Assembly (NCBI GenBank): GCA_951406725.2
Contig: OX597821.1
Coordinates: 50,096,001 to 50,160,000, forward strand
Origin: Octopus vulgaris
Lineage: Eukaryota
Length of the DNA: 64,000 bases
Reading direction: 5' to 3'
In this document: piece by piece, positions 12,547 through 26,696 of the stretch
How positions within the stretch are numbered: the first letter of the stretch is position 1
Layout: every line of letters begins with the position of its first letter
The notes under the pieces: model-generated
Database searches by the model: none
What the model was told of the DNA's origin: nothing
The model's input: the letters and a program-made list of their open reading frames with translations, nothing else
Program-made: the position numbers and the translations under genes

Positions 12547-13270
12547 ACTGGGCCAGGCGCTGGGACAGAGAGTGGATGCACAGTCGACAGATTGGACACG
12601 GACGAGGGCGATATGGATAACGGTGGATTAGGTATCCTCGTTGGTAGAAGTAGCGAGCCATGAGCACTGTGTCTCGAAGTCATTCATGGTCGTCACAACA
12701 GAGCTGGCGGAGACGGCTCTCTTGTGAGAGTAAGGGATGGACAGTTTGTTATGGTTGGAGTGGGAGGGGGGATTTGAGATAGGAATGTGAATCTATGTGT
12801 TAATAGTTGATGGAGGAGGTAAGAAAGAAGTAATGCATGGTGACAGAAACGTCGGAAGTTGGTAGAGGTGTTAAAGACAAAACAGGAGAATTCGAAGGCC
12901 GGATAAAAGGCCTGGGTTAAAGAGAAGGAATATATAACCAATATAACCGACGAACAGGTTCATTTAGTTGGGGCCCATTCTCGTTCCCATGGCCACTCCG
13001 GAGACCTGATGGAGCACGGTAGGATGGTTGGTACCATGTCTGGGGGAAGGGAAGCCACTAAGGCTACGAGGATAAGGTCGAGGTATTTGGAGATGAGACT
13101 GGTTGGGTGGTTGAGTTTTTTGGATTTTAAGAAGGAAGTAACTGGTGGTGTGCGTGGGATACGAACAAAGAGGTTCGGATGGTGGTGGTAGAAGGGAGAA
13201 GTAAATAAGATCGTGAATAGTAGAAGAAACGATTTGTTGATAATGTGACATGGGGTCAGAGGATAGAGAG
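12547..13270 (-). pseudogene. Penelope-like element RT relic with multiple internal deletions
   Basis: LSSDPMSHYQQIVSSTIHDLI, YFLLKIQK, QVSGVAMGTRMGPN*MNLFVGYI, YPAFEFS, PYS..RLRQLC..RGY, in canonical PLE order. Confidence 0.8.
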
Positions 13271-13915
13271 TGAGAGGGAAGTGTTTTGAAGTTAGTGGAG
13301 CGCCTCAGCCTTGTACACGTCTGCACGCCGCACAGCCGTGTGTGTGTGTGTGTGTGCATTCATATATCTATATACATACATATAAATTCATATATACAAC
13401 GCACACATACTCTTTCTCACACACACATACACACACATACGCATACATATGTTTTGCGTACAAACATATACACGACTAAACTCAGACATACATCCAGGCA
13501 CATTCGCACATACTACTTGAGATATCAAAAACTTTTGAAAGTAAAAGAACATTCTTCTTTTCTTCCTTTTTTTTTTTTTTTTTACGATGCATCACTGCCG
13601 CTTATCATGTGTACGAGATGTGGGTGCAACAAGGGCGGAGATCTTCGCGTCCTGCTGAGATTCCAGCAGACCGAAACGGAAATAATGACTGAGAGTGGGA
13701 GAGTATTACAGATGACAAATCTCGCTTTATTTCTTTAAAACTACTTCTGATATCACTTTCTATCTGTCTGTCTGTCTACTAATCTGACTATCTTTATTTC
13801 TATCTACGTAGTTTTCTGTCTGTCTGTCTGTCTGCACACCCATAAATGCCCACACTTTCCCATACACTCACACATGTACATACAAACATATACATACGTG
13901 TATAGATAGATAGAC

Positions 13916-13962
<47 letters not shown>

Positions 13963-14002
13963 AGGGTGGATGGATGAATGGATGGATGGATGGATGGATG
14001 GG

Positions 14003-14068
<66 letters not shown>

Positions 14069-14198
14069 TAGACATCATATATACATATATACACACATTC
14101 CAGATTATGCAAGATAAAATACTGAAGAAACCACAATTTCAGGGTCAGATATGTATAAGTATATATGTATATATATATATGCGTGTGTGTATGTGTGT

Positions 14199-14279
<81 letters not shown>

Positions 14280-14539
14280 CGTGTGTGTGTGCGTGTGTGT
14301 TTGTGTGTGTGTTTTCCCACCACCACTACTGACAACAGAGATATCAGGGTCCCCAATTTGTTGTCGGTGCACACGTGAACGTTCCGATAATGCATTTCCG
14401 GTCTGACCAACGTCTGGCCAAAATTCAATCATTTGATGCCGTGAATTAAATTTTTGCTTTTTCGGTTCATATTTGCAATTACTAATCTTCTCCCAGTTTC
14501 TGTGTTCATATACTGACCGGTATGTATGAACTGACATGT

Positions 14540-14862
14540 GAAGGCTCGTGGCTTAGTGGTTAGGGGCATTCGGCTCATGATCGTATGGTCGTGAGTTCAA
14601 TTCCCGGCGGCGCGTTGTGTCCTTGAGCAAGACACTTTATTTCACGTTGCTCCAGTCCACTCAACTGGCAAACATGAGCAGCATGTATTTCAAAGGGCCA
14701 GCCTTGTCCCATTCTGTGTCACGCTGAATCACCCCGAGAACTACGTGTTAAGGGTACACGTGTTTGTGGAGTGCTCAGCCATTTGCACGTTAATTTCACG
14801 AGCAAGCTGTTCCGTTGATCGTATCAGCTGGGACCCTCGTCGTCACAACCGACGGAGTGCTC
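14540..14862 (+). mobile_element. SINE-C (tRNA-derived), full length with 15-bp TSD
   Basis: A box tggcttagtggt, B box gagttcaattccc, CORE-like gtccttgagcaagacactt. TSD tatgaacYgacatgt at 14525-14539 and 14863-14877. Confidence 0.9.
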
Positions 14863-15009
14863 TATGAACCGACATGTACCACATCGATTATCATTGCAAT
14901 TAGATACAATGAATGATCGTTGCTTAGGTCAAACTTTGCCGTTGTTAATAATCGTTTCATGTTTTTTCCCGCTGCCTTTTACTTAGAGCCATAGCTCCAT
15001 CCGTGAATA

Positions 15010-15260
15010 TATCCTTTAGTTTATTATTCTGGGAAAGGTTTGCTTTGGTAGTGCTAAAGATATTTTAGTGTCACATATTGTGCGTTAATATAAAATGGTA
15101 TGACCTGTTCTTGTTTTTCTCTTTCTTGGGTTGCCCTAAATTGTTGTAAGTGTGTTTCTATAAGTAGAGGCGGGTATTTTTGTTTGAATAGAAATTCTTT
15201 GAGTTCTGTTAGGCGTTTGTTTCTGGTATTCACATCGTTCACAATGGTACACATTTTTCT
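15010..15260 (-). pseudogene. PLE ORF fragment (region between RT and GIY-YIG)
   Basis: [31 protein letters not shown] resembles the PLE 'RRICTIV..RL.EL...L..Q.YP..LI' helical segment. Confidence 0.6.
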
Positions 15261-15377
15261 GAGAAGGATATGATATTACGTATTATGTATATATATATAT
15301 TTACATATAGATATACACATACATGCTTATATATGAATATACATATATATACATATATATATATATACATGCATAAA

Positions 15378-15429
<52 letters not shown>

Positions 15430-15649
15430 TGTATATTTACATACGTTTATATATATAAATATATATATATATAAATATATATATGTATATATATATATAT
15501 ATATATGTATATTATATTTACATACGTTTATATATAAATATATATATATATATATTTACATATAGATATACACATACATGCTTATATATGAATATACATA
15601 TACATACATATATATATATATATACATGCATAAATGAATATATATATAT

Positions 15650-15870
15650 AGCTAATCCAAAACAAAACGAAAAAAAACCGCAAGAAAAAGATAACGTGAT
15701 ACATGGACGTGGTACATGCAAAGTGTTAGCAGACGCTCTCATGGAAGGAAAGAAAGGTCGTTTGACGTTTCGAGCAAAGCTCTTCTTCAGAAACAGGAGA
15801 CAGAGGACAGTCCAAAAGAAAACGAAGATGGAGGAAAAAATCGCCAACGATCCACATGTAGTTACATTTT
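15650..15870 (-). mobile_element. Family A module, diverged subfamily
   Basis: Homologous to 3527-3745; 3' end abuts (TA)n. Confidence 0.7.
15760..15795 (-). ncRNA. Minimal hammerhead motif with canonical core
   Basis: gttt-CTGAAGA-a-GAGC-ttt-GCTC-GAAAC-GTC-aaac. Confidence 0.75.
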
Positions 15871-16120
15871 GAAATGACTGGAAGGGAATGCGTGAAGAAA
15901 AAGTTCTTTCTAAGACAGGAGAGAGCAAGAGTAGGTATCTGTGTGTATGAGTGGGAATGTGCGTGCGTGTGTGTGTGTGGTGGCTGTTTATATGTGTATG
16001 TATGAGTGAACTTTTTGTCTGTTAATGTAGGAAGAATTCAGTAACATGTTAACAAGATTGGTGTTTTTTTTTGTATAGTTGTATGTTTCTTCACATGTGC
16101 GTAAAGTAATGGTCAGTAGA

Positions 16121-16357
16121 AGGCGGTGAGCTGGCAGAAACGTTAGCACGCCGGGCGAAATGCTTAGCGGTATATAGTCTGTCGTTACGTTCTGAGTTCA
16201 AATTCTGACGAGGTTGACTTTGTCTTTCATCCTTTCGGGGTCGATAAATTAAATACCAATTACACACTGGGGTTGATGTAATCGATTTAATCCGTTTGTC
16301 TGTCCTTGTTTGTCACCTGTATGTTTAGCCCCTTCTGGGCCATAAAGAAATAAGAAA
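16121..16357 (+). mobile_element. SINE-A monomer with Tx1-like tail
   Basis: Near-full match to 7298-7531. Confidence 0.9.
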
Positions 16358-16379
16358 GGTGTTTTACTGGCAGTTTGAA

Positions 16380-17130
16380 GTATGTGTTTGCGTATATGTT
16401 ACATGTGTGTATGTATATGTTATATGTGAGTGTTTTGCATATGACGTGTGTGCGTGCGTGGGGTTGTGTGTGTGTGGAGGTATATGTGGTGCGTGTGTGC
16501 ATGCGCGTGCGTATGCGTGTGTGCGTGTATGTGCGTGTGTGTGTATGGGCGTGTAGAGGTGCGAGTGTGTGTGCGTGTATATGTGCGTGTGTATGTGTGT
16601 GTATGTACGTGTGTGTATGTGACTGTGTGTGCGTGAGATTGTGTGTTAGGTTTATGTGCATTCCTGTGCGTGTGTGTGTGTGTGTGTGTATGCATACGTG
16701 TATGTGCGTGTTTGCGCGTGTGTGTGTGCATGTATGTGTGTGTTGTGTGTGGAAATATATGTAAGGTATATGTGTGTTTATGTGTGAACGCGTGCGTGTA
16801 TGTGTGCATGTGTGTGTATATATGTATGCGAGTGTGTGTATGTGTACATGCGTGTGTGTATGTGAGTGTGTACGTGCATGTACGCATGCGTATGTGCATA
16901 TATGAGTGCGTTGTGCGCGTGTGGTTTGTGTGGGAGGTATATCTGAGGTATATCTGCATTCATGTGTGTGCGTGTATGTGTGTAGCCAACAACTGATGAA
17001 GGGTCGTTCTTTATGTTACTTGTCCTGTTTTCCATTTGCTTATCTCGATGGTTGCTTATCTCGATGGTATTCAACTCATTTGTTCTCGTATTTCATGCTG
17101 TTTACTGTTTGTTACGTTCTGAACCATATA

Positions 17131-17224
<94 letters not shown>

Positions 17225-17228
17225 CATT

Positions 17229-17272
<44 letters not shown>

Positions 17273-17278
17273 CATACA

Positions 17279-17310
<32 letters not shown>

Positions 17311-17396
17311 CATATATATATATATATACACATACATACATAAATACATACATACACACACACATACATACATACATACATACATACATACATACA

Positions 17397-17428
<32 letters not shown>

Positions 17429-17614
17429 CATATACATATATATACACATGCATACATACATACATACATACATACATATACATATACATATATATATACA
17501 TACATACATACATACATACATACACACACACACATATATACATACATACATACATACATACATAAATACATACATACATACATACATAAATACATACATA
17601 CATACATACATACA

Positions 17615-17646
<32 letters not shown>

Positions 17647-17650
17647 AATA
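16380..17650. repeat. Compound microsatellite field (GT/GTAT, TA, GA, GATA, CATA)
   Basis: Seen directly. Representative of dozens of similar SSR tracts across the window. Confidence 0.95.
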
Positions 17651-17943
17651 TGTACAATCATATGTTTCTTTAAAGTAAACAGATTCATAGAAGCTAAAAT
17701 TCCAAGAATTTATTAGTCATAGAGTATTAGTTTTTGCCTTTTGTCTACGAAATTAGTATGAAACACATGCAATATGCTGTAATTGCTGTAATAGTTTTTG
17801 TCAAATTCATCTGCAAAATAATTTGCGATTAGGCACATAATAATCACACACTCTCATTCTCTCCTCTGTGAGTATGTATGCATATATATAAACACATATA
17901 GATAGGCGCAGATATTTATATAAACATATATGATTAGACACAC

Positions 17944-17974
<31 letters not shown>

Positions 17975-18398
17975 TGAGGTCTTCGATTTTGTATTTAAAC
18001 TCCATCCCACCGTTTGGCATCCGCTATTAGCTTGTTTGCGTCCCAATAACATAGGAGTTCGCAAAAACTACACAATAGACTAAAATTCCAAGCTTAAGCA
18101 AAATACAGAACCTTTCAGAAATGCCACGACATAGTGGCAAACCAATGCCTGCAATAAGTAACAGATAGAAGACATGAATATACCTATCTATATATGCATA
18201 TATCTATCCATATACACATACATATGGACATATATATGTATGACTGTATGTATATATATGTGTGCGTGTGTGTGTGCGTGTGTACACTCGCGCGCGCGTG
18301 TGTGTTTATATGGGTGTATATATATATATATATATGTATGTGTGTATGTATGTATGTATGTATGTATGTATGTATGTATGTATTTATCTGTACATATA

Positions 18399-18440
<42 letters not shown>

Positions 18441-18522
18441 TAATAATGATAATATGACAACAAAAGAATGAAGGAGATCTCGATATTATGTAACTAGAGG
18501 AATTTATATATAATCGATGTTG

Positions 18523-18605
<83 letters not shown>

Positions 18606-18612
<7 letters not shown>

Positions 18613-19639
18613 GTAAAAAATATATACAAACTGGGACAAGAACGGGAAACACCTAGGAGACGACACAAGAACCATAGGACGGGACATTCGAAGCCCTCAG
18701 TCATCAGTCAAGAACCATATCATCTTCGCAATTTCGGCTGATTAATCTTGAGATTGCTCCGACCTGGGCAGCCCCCAAGGGAAATCTAAGCCAAGCGCAT
18801 TAGATCCCTTGGAAGAAAGCTTCGAATGTATACAACACAAGGACGGAAAACGAACGATGTACACGAATAAAAATACAGAAATACGGGAAAACAATAAGGA
18901 AAGCCCGAATAAGAATACAAAAACGTAAAAACAATAACGGTAAGGATAAAAAACAAAACCAGGACGTAGAACAAAGGTCTTTCGACAGGACGAGTTGAGT
19001 TGGGGCTGGCTTATGGAGTTGTGCCTTATGGCCGCGGGAGACAAACAAAAACGTGTTGCTTCAACGACTGCTGGAACGAAAAGGCCGCCCAGCAGTGGCT
19101 AGCGGTCACGTGAGGACAAAAGACAGGAGAAAGGGACAGATGAGGAGAGAGAGAAGGTGGACAGGGGAGGAGAAGAAAGAGACAGATCGAGGGGAGTGGA
19201 GGTAAGAGAGGTAGAGAAGCGTAGGAGGGGGCGGATGAAGAGAGAAAGAAAGAAAGAAGGGGAATAAGGGAGGAGGAGAGTGAGAGAGAAAGAGACAGAT
19301 CAAGAGTCGTACCAATGTTAGAAAAAATATACTTACGTATAAGGACAGAGGTATGGATACAGAATCCGCCATTATATATGTAAAAAGTAAAAAATATATA
19401 CAAACTGGGACAAGAACGTGAAACACCTAGGAGACGACACAAGAACCACAGGACGGGACATTCGAAGCCTTTAGTCATCAGTCAAGAACCAGATCATCTT
19501 CGCAATTTCGGCTGATTAATCTTGAGATTGCTCCGACCTGGGCAGCCCCTAAGGGAAATCTAAGCCAAGCGCATTAGATCCCTTGGAAGAAAGCTTCGAA
19601 TGTATACAACACAAGGACGGAAAACGAACGATGTACACG

Positions 19640-19644
<5 letters not shown>
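18606..19644 (-). mobile_element. Non-autonomous PLE-like element (family C) with ~265-bp direct repeats
   Basis: 18606-18870 is nearly identical to 19380-19644. The interior is pyrimidine-rich on the minus strand. Flanked by (TA)n/(TG)n. A diverged relative lies at 45979-46630. Confidence 0.65.
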
Positions 19645-19697
<53 letters not shown>

Positions 19698-19780
19698 ACA
19701 GATATATAGGTATATCAGCGGCACTCGGCACTCGAGTTGTTTGGGCACTCGTGAGGGTGACTTCGCCTTTCACCTTTTCA

Positions 19781-20181
19781 GACACTAAAGAAAGCTGATC
19801 AGAAGAGAATTAATGCATTTGAGCTTTGGTGTTGGAGAAGACTTTTACGGATTCCATGGACAGCGAGGCTCACCAATGGAGAAGTTCTTAAGCAGATCAG
19901 GCCGAAAATGTCGCTAGAAGCTAGGATCACCAAGCATAAATTGGCATATTTCGGTCATATTATGCGGAGAAAATCCCTGGAGAAGGACATCATGCTCGGA
20001 ATGGTCAATGGCAAGAGAGGAAGAGGCCGACCAAGAACCCGCTGGCTTGACACCATCAAGACTGATACCGGAATGGACATAACCAATCTGTAAGAAGCGG
20101 CCCAGGATAGAACTGAGTGGAGGACACTGATCCATCAAGTAACCGAGAGTCGACTTCGACTGAGCGGATAGATAGATAGAC
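19781..20181 (+). mobile_element. RTE/BovB-like LINE 3' fragment
   Basis: RINAFELWCWRRLLRIPWTA..YFGHIMRR.SLEKDIMLG..GKRGRGRPRTRWLD..AQDRTEWR; (ATAG)n tail. Confidence 0.92.
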
Positions 20182-20190
20182 ATATATGTA

Positions 20191-20229
<39 letters not shown>

Positions 20230-20233
20230 ATAC

Positions 20234-20366
<133 letters not shown>

Positions 20367-20393
20367 ACAATTCTTATATTGCGAACTAAGTCA

Positions 20394-20585
20394 GGCGGCG
20401 CGCTGGCATAACCGTTAGTATGGCGGGCTAAGCGGTTTTTCGTCCTTCTTTACGTTCAGAATTCAAATTCCTCGGAAGTCGACTTAGCCTTTCATCCTTA
20501 CGAGGTTGATGAAATAAGTACCATTTTAGCACTTGTACCACCCCACCACCCCGAAATCGTTGATCTTGTACAATAATTTGAAACT
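20394..20585 (+). mobile_element. SINE-A, diverged
   Basis: ggcggcgcgctggcat..ttcaaattcc..gtcgacttagcctttcatcc. Confidence 0.75.
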
Positions 20586-20902
20586 ATATATTTCGAAGTA
20601 AAGTTTGATATACTATAGTCTAGGAAAATGCATTTTTTACATTTCGTCTTTATTGTGTCAGTGACTTGTTTATAAATTTGATACCAGTAAGATGTATGGT
20701 TTTGAATAGAAACAACTCTCTTAGCCGTTTCTAGATATGTATGACATCATTCTCAGCATTCTTGATGACAAAAATTTGATCTAAATATATTTGCTTTATA
20801 GGTTTAATAACAACCCGCCCATCACTCTCCCCCTTATATATATCTATTTATTTATTTATATATATTATTTATATGTATGTATGTATATGTATATATATAT
20901 AT

Positions 20903-20967
<65 letters not shown>

Positions 20968-21028
20968 TATACTTACCTATCTACCGACCTACCTACCTAT
21001 CTACCTACCTGACTGCCTACCTGTCTGC

Positions 21029-21156
<128 letters not shown>

Positions 21157-21390
21157 TTTTCCACCTGCCTTCGTCTTTTGTCTATTTTCATAAAGCTTCC
21201 CGTTATATATATATATATAGAGATATATGTATGTGTGTGTATATGTTTATGTGTCTCGATTTGCTCGACTAAAGGCGGTGCTCCAGTATGGCCACAGTCA
21301 AATGACTGAAAGAAGTAAAAGAGTAAACTAAAAACGAACCTAAAGTAATCGCCTTTAGAAGTTGTAGACCACACACCAAAGTAGCAGCAG

Positions 21391-21422
<32 letters not shown>

Positions 21423-21438
21423 GCACGTGCTTATTTGT

Positions 21439-21616
21439 AACAATAGTTTGACGCAGCTTTCGTGGACGCGAAGGATACGTCCGGCTCATCAGCTGTTCGG
21501 ACTTTACACCTGAGCATCTGATAAGATATACGTACCCTATGCACCCACGACAATTTGTGAAGCTGAGTGAAACTGTCATTTAGTACGTGTATCTCAAACC
21601 AACTGTGTTGAGTGCT
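21439..21616. ncRNA. Two divergent, degenerate hammerhead-like motifs
   Basis: Minus 21439-21497: aacag-CTGATGA-g..GGACG..CGTCC..c-GAAAG..CTA-ttgtt. Plus 21513-21616: CTGATAA-GATATACGTAC..GTACGTGTATC-t-CAAAC. Confidence 0.35.
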
Positions 21617-21705
21617 ACTTTATTCCCTTTGTTTACTTACCCGCCTGTGTATGTGTGTATATGATTTTTATGATATATATGATTATATAATGAACATGTG
21701 TGTAT

Positions 21706-21775
<70 letters not shown>

Positions 21776-21977
21776 ATTGAGGTAATCAGATCAGATGGTT
21801 CATATTTGTAGATATTTATTTATATATTACATTTTTTACATATATATCATATCATTCGGATTAGCGCTTGCTCCCATTCTAGTGGGTTTTCAAATCAAAT
21901 CAGTTGTGGGTAGTTTGAACCTTTTTATAGTTTCGTAGTAGTGGGTGAGGAGGAAGTGAGACAGAGAGAAAATATGT

Positions 21978-22017
<40 letters not shown>

Positions 22018-22514
22018 GTGTGTGTGTGTGTGTGCGCATTTATATCTGAGAGTGAAGAAGTGTTATTTCCGTTGGTCTGCTGGACCCCTGTGGTTTTATA
22101 AGAACTTTGGCTGTCCATTTCAATGTCACTGAGTGTGTGTTGTGCATAGGTTGGCCTGGCAAATGTCATTTGGGGTCACACTTTCTATGATCATTCTGTG
22201 GAGGTGTGTGTGTGTGTGTGTCTCTGTGTGTCTGTGTGTGTTTTTGTGTGTGTGTGTGTGTGTTTGTGTATGTGTGTGTGTGTGTGTGTGTGTTTGGAGA
22301 AGGGGAGAGAGACAAAAAGAGAAAAGGGAAAATAAAAATAATAATAATAAAAATAAAAATAAAAAATTAAAAAATTAAAAAAATTTAAAAAATAAAATAA
22401 AATAAAAACAAAAAATAAAAAATAAAAAAAAAAAATAAAATAAAAAAATATAAAGAATAAATAAAAATATAAAGAATAAAAAATAAAAAAAAAAAAAATA
22501 AAAAAATAAAAATA

Positions 22515-22628
<114 letters not shown>

Positions 22629-22780
22629 TATATACATGTATATATATATAATTTTGATTATGATGATAATGACGACGATGATGATGATGATGATGATGAT
22701 ATCCAGTGTCATGTTATTGACAAACTTGTAGGTTTGTAAGAAGTTGTGAACAATAAAGGAGAATATTTTATTGACTAATA

Positions 22781-22953
22781 GGCGCAGGCGTAGGTGTGTG
22801 GTAAGAAACTTGCTTCCCAACCATATGGTTCTGGGTTCAGTCCCACTGCGTGGCCTCTTGTCTTCTATAGCCTCGGGCCGAGCAAAGCCTTGTGATTAGG
22901 TTTAGTGGACAAAAACTAAAAGAAGCACCTCGTGTGTATATATATATATATAA

Positions 22954-22998
<45 letters not shown>

Positions 22999-23195
22999 AT
23001 CCCATAACCTTTTGACAATCGGTGTTGGAGTGGTTGCAACCCCGTAACTTAGCGGATCGGCGAAAGAATCCGATGGAATAAGTACTAAGCTTTAAAAAAA
23101 TAAGTCCTGGGATCGATTTGTTCGACTAAAACGCTTCAAAGCGGCGTCCCAGTATGACTGCAGTCAGAATACTGAAACAAGTAAAACAAAAGATA
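22781..23195 (+). mobile_element. SINE-B, full length, with internal microsatellite
   Basis: gtgtggtaagaaacttgcttcccaacc..ggttcagtcccactgc..cgtaacttagcgg..gactgcagtc..actgaaacaagtaaaa. Confidence 0.9.
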
Positions 23196-23566
23196 AATGT
23201 GTGTGTGTATGTGTGTGTTTCGGGTTGTGAGATACATTTGTTGGGATTTTGTTTTCATTTATTTTAATACCATGGATTAAAATAAATGAAAAATAAAAAA
23301 AAAAACGAATGGATTAAAGTAAGTGAAAACATAAAAATAAAATAAATGAAAAACCCAACGAATTTATTTCCCAACCCAAAGCACACACACACACACACAC
23401 ACACAGACTCTTTTCCGCCCCCAACATAAGCGCAATACCAAAGTACATAATCATGTGATATCAAGCTGTTTTATGAGCTAGCTAATGTTCGTGCGAAGCT
23501 AACCAGACTCACCCTGAGCTACTTGGTACAAAACTGTTCAATAACACAGTTTTTTTTCTCTTCCCA

Positions 23567-23626
<60 letters not shown>

Positions 23627-23919
23627 GCGTTGCATTAGACAATAGATGCAGTACAAGGGCTCGGTTTGTTGACAGTCATCGCAACCGAATATAAATTTTT
23701 ATATTAATCTTATTGCTTTTTTAAAACTTCTTTTTGCAATGGAAGTCGAAAAGTTTGCAAATGCAAAGAGGCTACATGGATGAAATTCATAAATATTTAA
23801 AAAGATTTTACACGAATTTATTTAAGATAAATCTTCACATTCACGGAAGATAGTGAAAATAAAACCAATGACGTGATATTCAGTTTTTGACATATACCGG
23901 AAGACTAAGGTAGAATTGA

Positions 23920-24555
23920 TGGCATGGCGGCGAAAATGCTCATCAGCGTGTCATCTGTCTCTACGTTCTGAGTTCAAATTCCGCCGAAGTTAACTTTATC
24001 TTTCATCCTTTCAGGGTCGATTCCTTGCAGCTGAATACTGGGGTCGATGTAATCGATTTACCTCTACCCTCAAAGCTGCTGGCTGTATGCCTAAATGTGA
24101 AACCATTATTACTATTATAACGCGGCGAGCTGGCAGAATCGTTAGCACGGCGGGTAAAATGCTTCGCTGTATTTCGTCAGTTTTTACGTTCTGAGTTCAA
24201 ATTCCGCCGAGGTAGACTTTACCTTTCATTCTTTCGAGTTCGATAAATCAAGTACCAGTGAATCACTGGGGTCGATGTAATCGTCTGGTCCCGCTCCACT
24301 CCCCCAAAATTTCAGGCTCGAGCTCTCAGAAGAAAGGATTATTATTATTATAACGCGACCAGCTGGCAGAATCGTTAGCACGGTGGTTTGAAATCAATAG
24401 CATAGCTCAGCGGCATTTCATCCCTCTTTATGTTCTGAGTTCAAATTCCACTGAGGTCAATTTTACCTTTCATCTTTTCAAGGTCAATAAAATAAGTACC
24501 AGTTGAATACTGAGGCCCCAAAATTGCTGGCTTTGTGCTAAAGTTTGAAACTAAT
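23920..24555 (+). mobile_element. Three head-to-tail SINE-A copies
   Basis: Three ctgagttcaaattcc blocks. The junctions near 24120 and 24352 both read attataacgcg. Confidence 0.85.
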
Positions 24556-24695
24556 ATGTTCCAGAAGACTCGAATATGGTTATGCTAATCACTGTTGAAG
24601 TTTGTCTACAGAGGACAACTTATACTTTCAGATTGTCGATTCTTCTAAACAACATACAACATTCTGGCTAAGATTCATTTTTATGTATACATACA

Positions 24696-24729
<34 letters not shown>

Positions 24730-24894
24730 CATGCATACATACATACATACATGCATACATACATAAATACACACACACATATACACATACACACACACAT
24801 ATATACACAAACCCACGTGTCATATATGAACATATATAAATATACATACATTTATACATGCATACATACATACATACATACATACATACATACA

Positions 24895-24930
<36 letters not shown>

Positions 24931-25060
24931 TCGCAAAATAAGCAACAGGATATCAAGTAGCGATGCAGTACGGCCGTTTCAAGCGGCTCCATTTAATTGA
25001 ACAAGAAAAATACTTAGCAGCATATATATATATATATATATAGGTATACAGGTATAGGTA

Positions 25061-25091
<31 letters not shown>

Positions 25092-25899
25092 TGTATATAT
25101 GTATATATATATATATGTGTATATGTGTATATATATGTACACATACACACACACTCATACACACACACACACACGCACATATATATGTATGTATATATAT
25201 ATACATGTATACTTATACACTTGCCCTACCTCTTCCATTCCTTTCGCTCTATTTCTAAAATTTTTGAAATACAAAAACACACTCATACACACTCACACAC
25301 ATAAGACGCACACATACGCACACAGACGCGCGCAAACACACACATGTGATCTGCAAGCCAGTTTCCATTTCAAGCAGTAGTTCTTTCACTTTAGTCATTT
25401 TATAAATGGTTGAATATAAAAACTTTCTGTGTCTAGTCTCAGTCAAAGAACTTCCTTGTGAGCTACGAATGCATGGATTATTTAAATACCGCTTCTTAAT
25501 ACTTCGGTATTTACATATATATGTCTGCCAACTGTTGTTATGAGTACCAGACCATTGCTGACGCAGCTTCCCCCGTCCCTTCTCTCTCTCCCTCCCCCCC
25601 TCTCTCTCTCTCTCATTCTCATCTGTTTTAATCTTAATGTTCTGCTGGGTCAGAGGTGATTGAGCGAAAGGATGTTTATCTGCTCACGACTCCATAAGCA
25701 CGAAAAATTATAAACGAAACCGTAGCACATCTTTTCAAGCCATATTCTCTCTCGAGAGAGATAGTTGGTTGTGCTTACAGCTGACATGGATGCATACAAA
25801 TTTGGAAATTGCGTTGACTATCTGAATTTAGTGGGTCACAGACACGTTGTTGGCTGTTGAAAGCATTTTAAATTTCCTGGATTATGTAAATATATCAAT

Positions 25900-26325
25900 A
25901 TTGGTTTCAAATTTTTACAGAAGGCCAGCAATTTCAGGAGAGGGAGTAAGTCGATTACATCGACCGCAGTGCTCAACTAGTATTAATTTTACCGAGCCCG
26001 AAATCGTAAAATGCAAAGTCGACCTCGGCGAACGTAAAGACGGGCCAAATACTGGTAAGTATTTTTCTCGACGTGCTAACGATTTTGCTAGCTCGCCTTA
26101 AATAAAAACTGATACTGGTTTCAAATTTCGGCACGAGGCCAACAAGCAAATCGTTTACACGCCGGGAAAAATGCTTAGCGGCATTTCGTCTGTCATCACG
26201 ACCCGAGCAAAAATTTCGACGAGTTGACTTCGCCTTTCATCTTTTCAGGGTCGGTAAAAATAAGTACTGGTTGAGCACTGGGATCATACCAAAATTGCTG
26301 GCCTTGTCCCAAAATTTCAAACCAC
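25900..26325. mobile_element. Two diverged SINE-A copies in opposite orientation
   Basis: Minus copy ~25900-26098; plus copy ~26150-26325. Confidence 0.7.
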
Positions 26326-26343
26326 AACAAAATTAATATATAT

Positions 26344-26537
26344 AAAGTTAATCCAAACAAGAAAACACAACAACGCGAGGACGTGGAACAAATAAAGTAT
26401 TATTGGACGCTTAGGAAAGAAGGGAAGAAGGAGAGTTTAACGTTTCGAGCGGAGCTCTTCGTTGGAAACATAGGAGAGGGAAAGATCCCGAGAAGGGAAG
26501 ACAGAGGAAAAAAAATCGCCTGCGGTACTCACGAGGT

Positions 26538-26540
<3 letters not shown>
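26344..26540 (-). mobile_element. Family A module with mutated hammerhead core (CCAACGA, 26435-26470)
   Basis: Close match to 3527-3745; flanked by (TA)n. Confidence 0.75.
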
Positions 26541-26611
<71 letters not shown>

Positions 26612-26665
26612 ATAGAGAGAGAGAGAGAGAGAGATACATAATACATACATACATACAAACATACA

Positions 26666-26696
<31 letters not shown>

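Noticed and set aside
13610-13730. Hairpin ctgctg-agattc-cagcag followed by ccgaaacgg, as a possible ribozyme
   Set aside because: No CUGANGA core in the correct position and no second copy.
14540-14630. tRNA gene candidates here and at 47700-47782
   Set aside because: A and B boxes are present but there is no clean cloverleaf, and both run into SINE body sequence; the first has TSDs.
18680-19000. Three tandem hammerheads in family C
   Set aside because: Cores (GAAT, CTCAAGA) and stems are too degenerate to call, so they were not counted among the hammerhead motifs.
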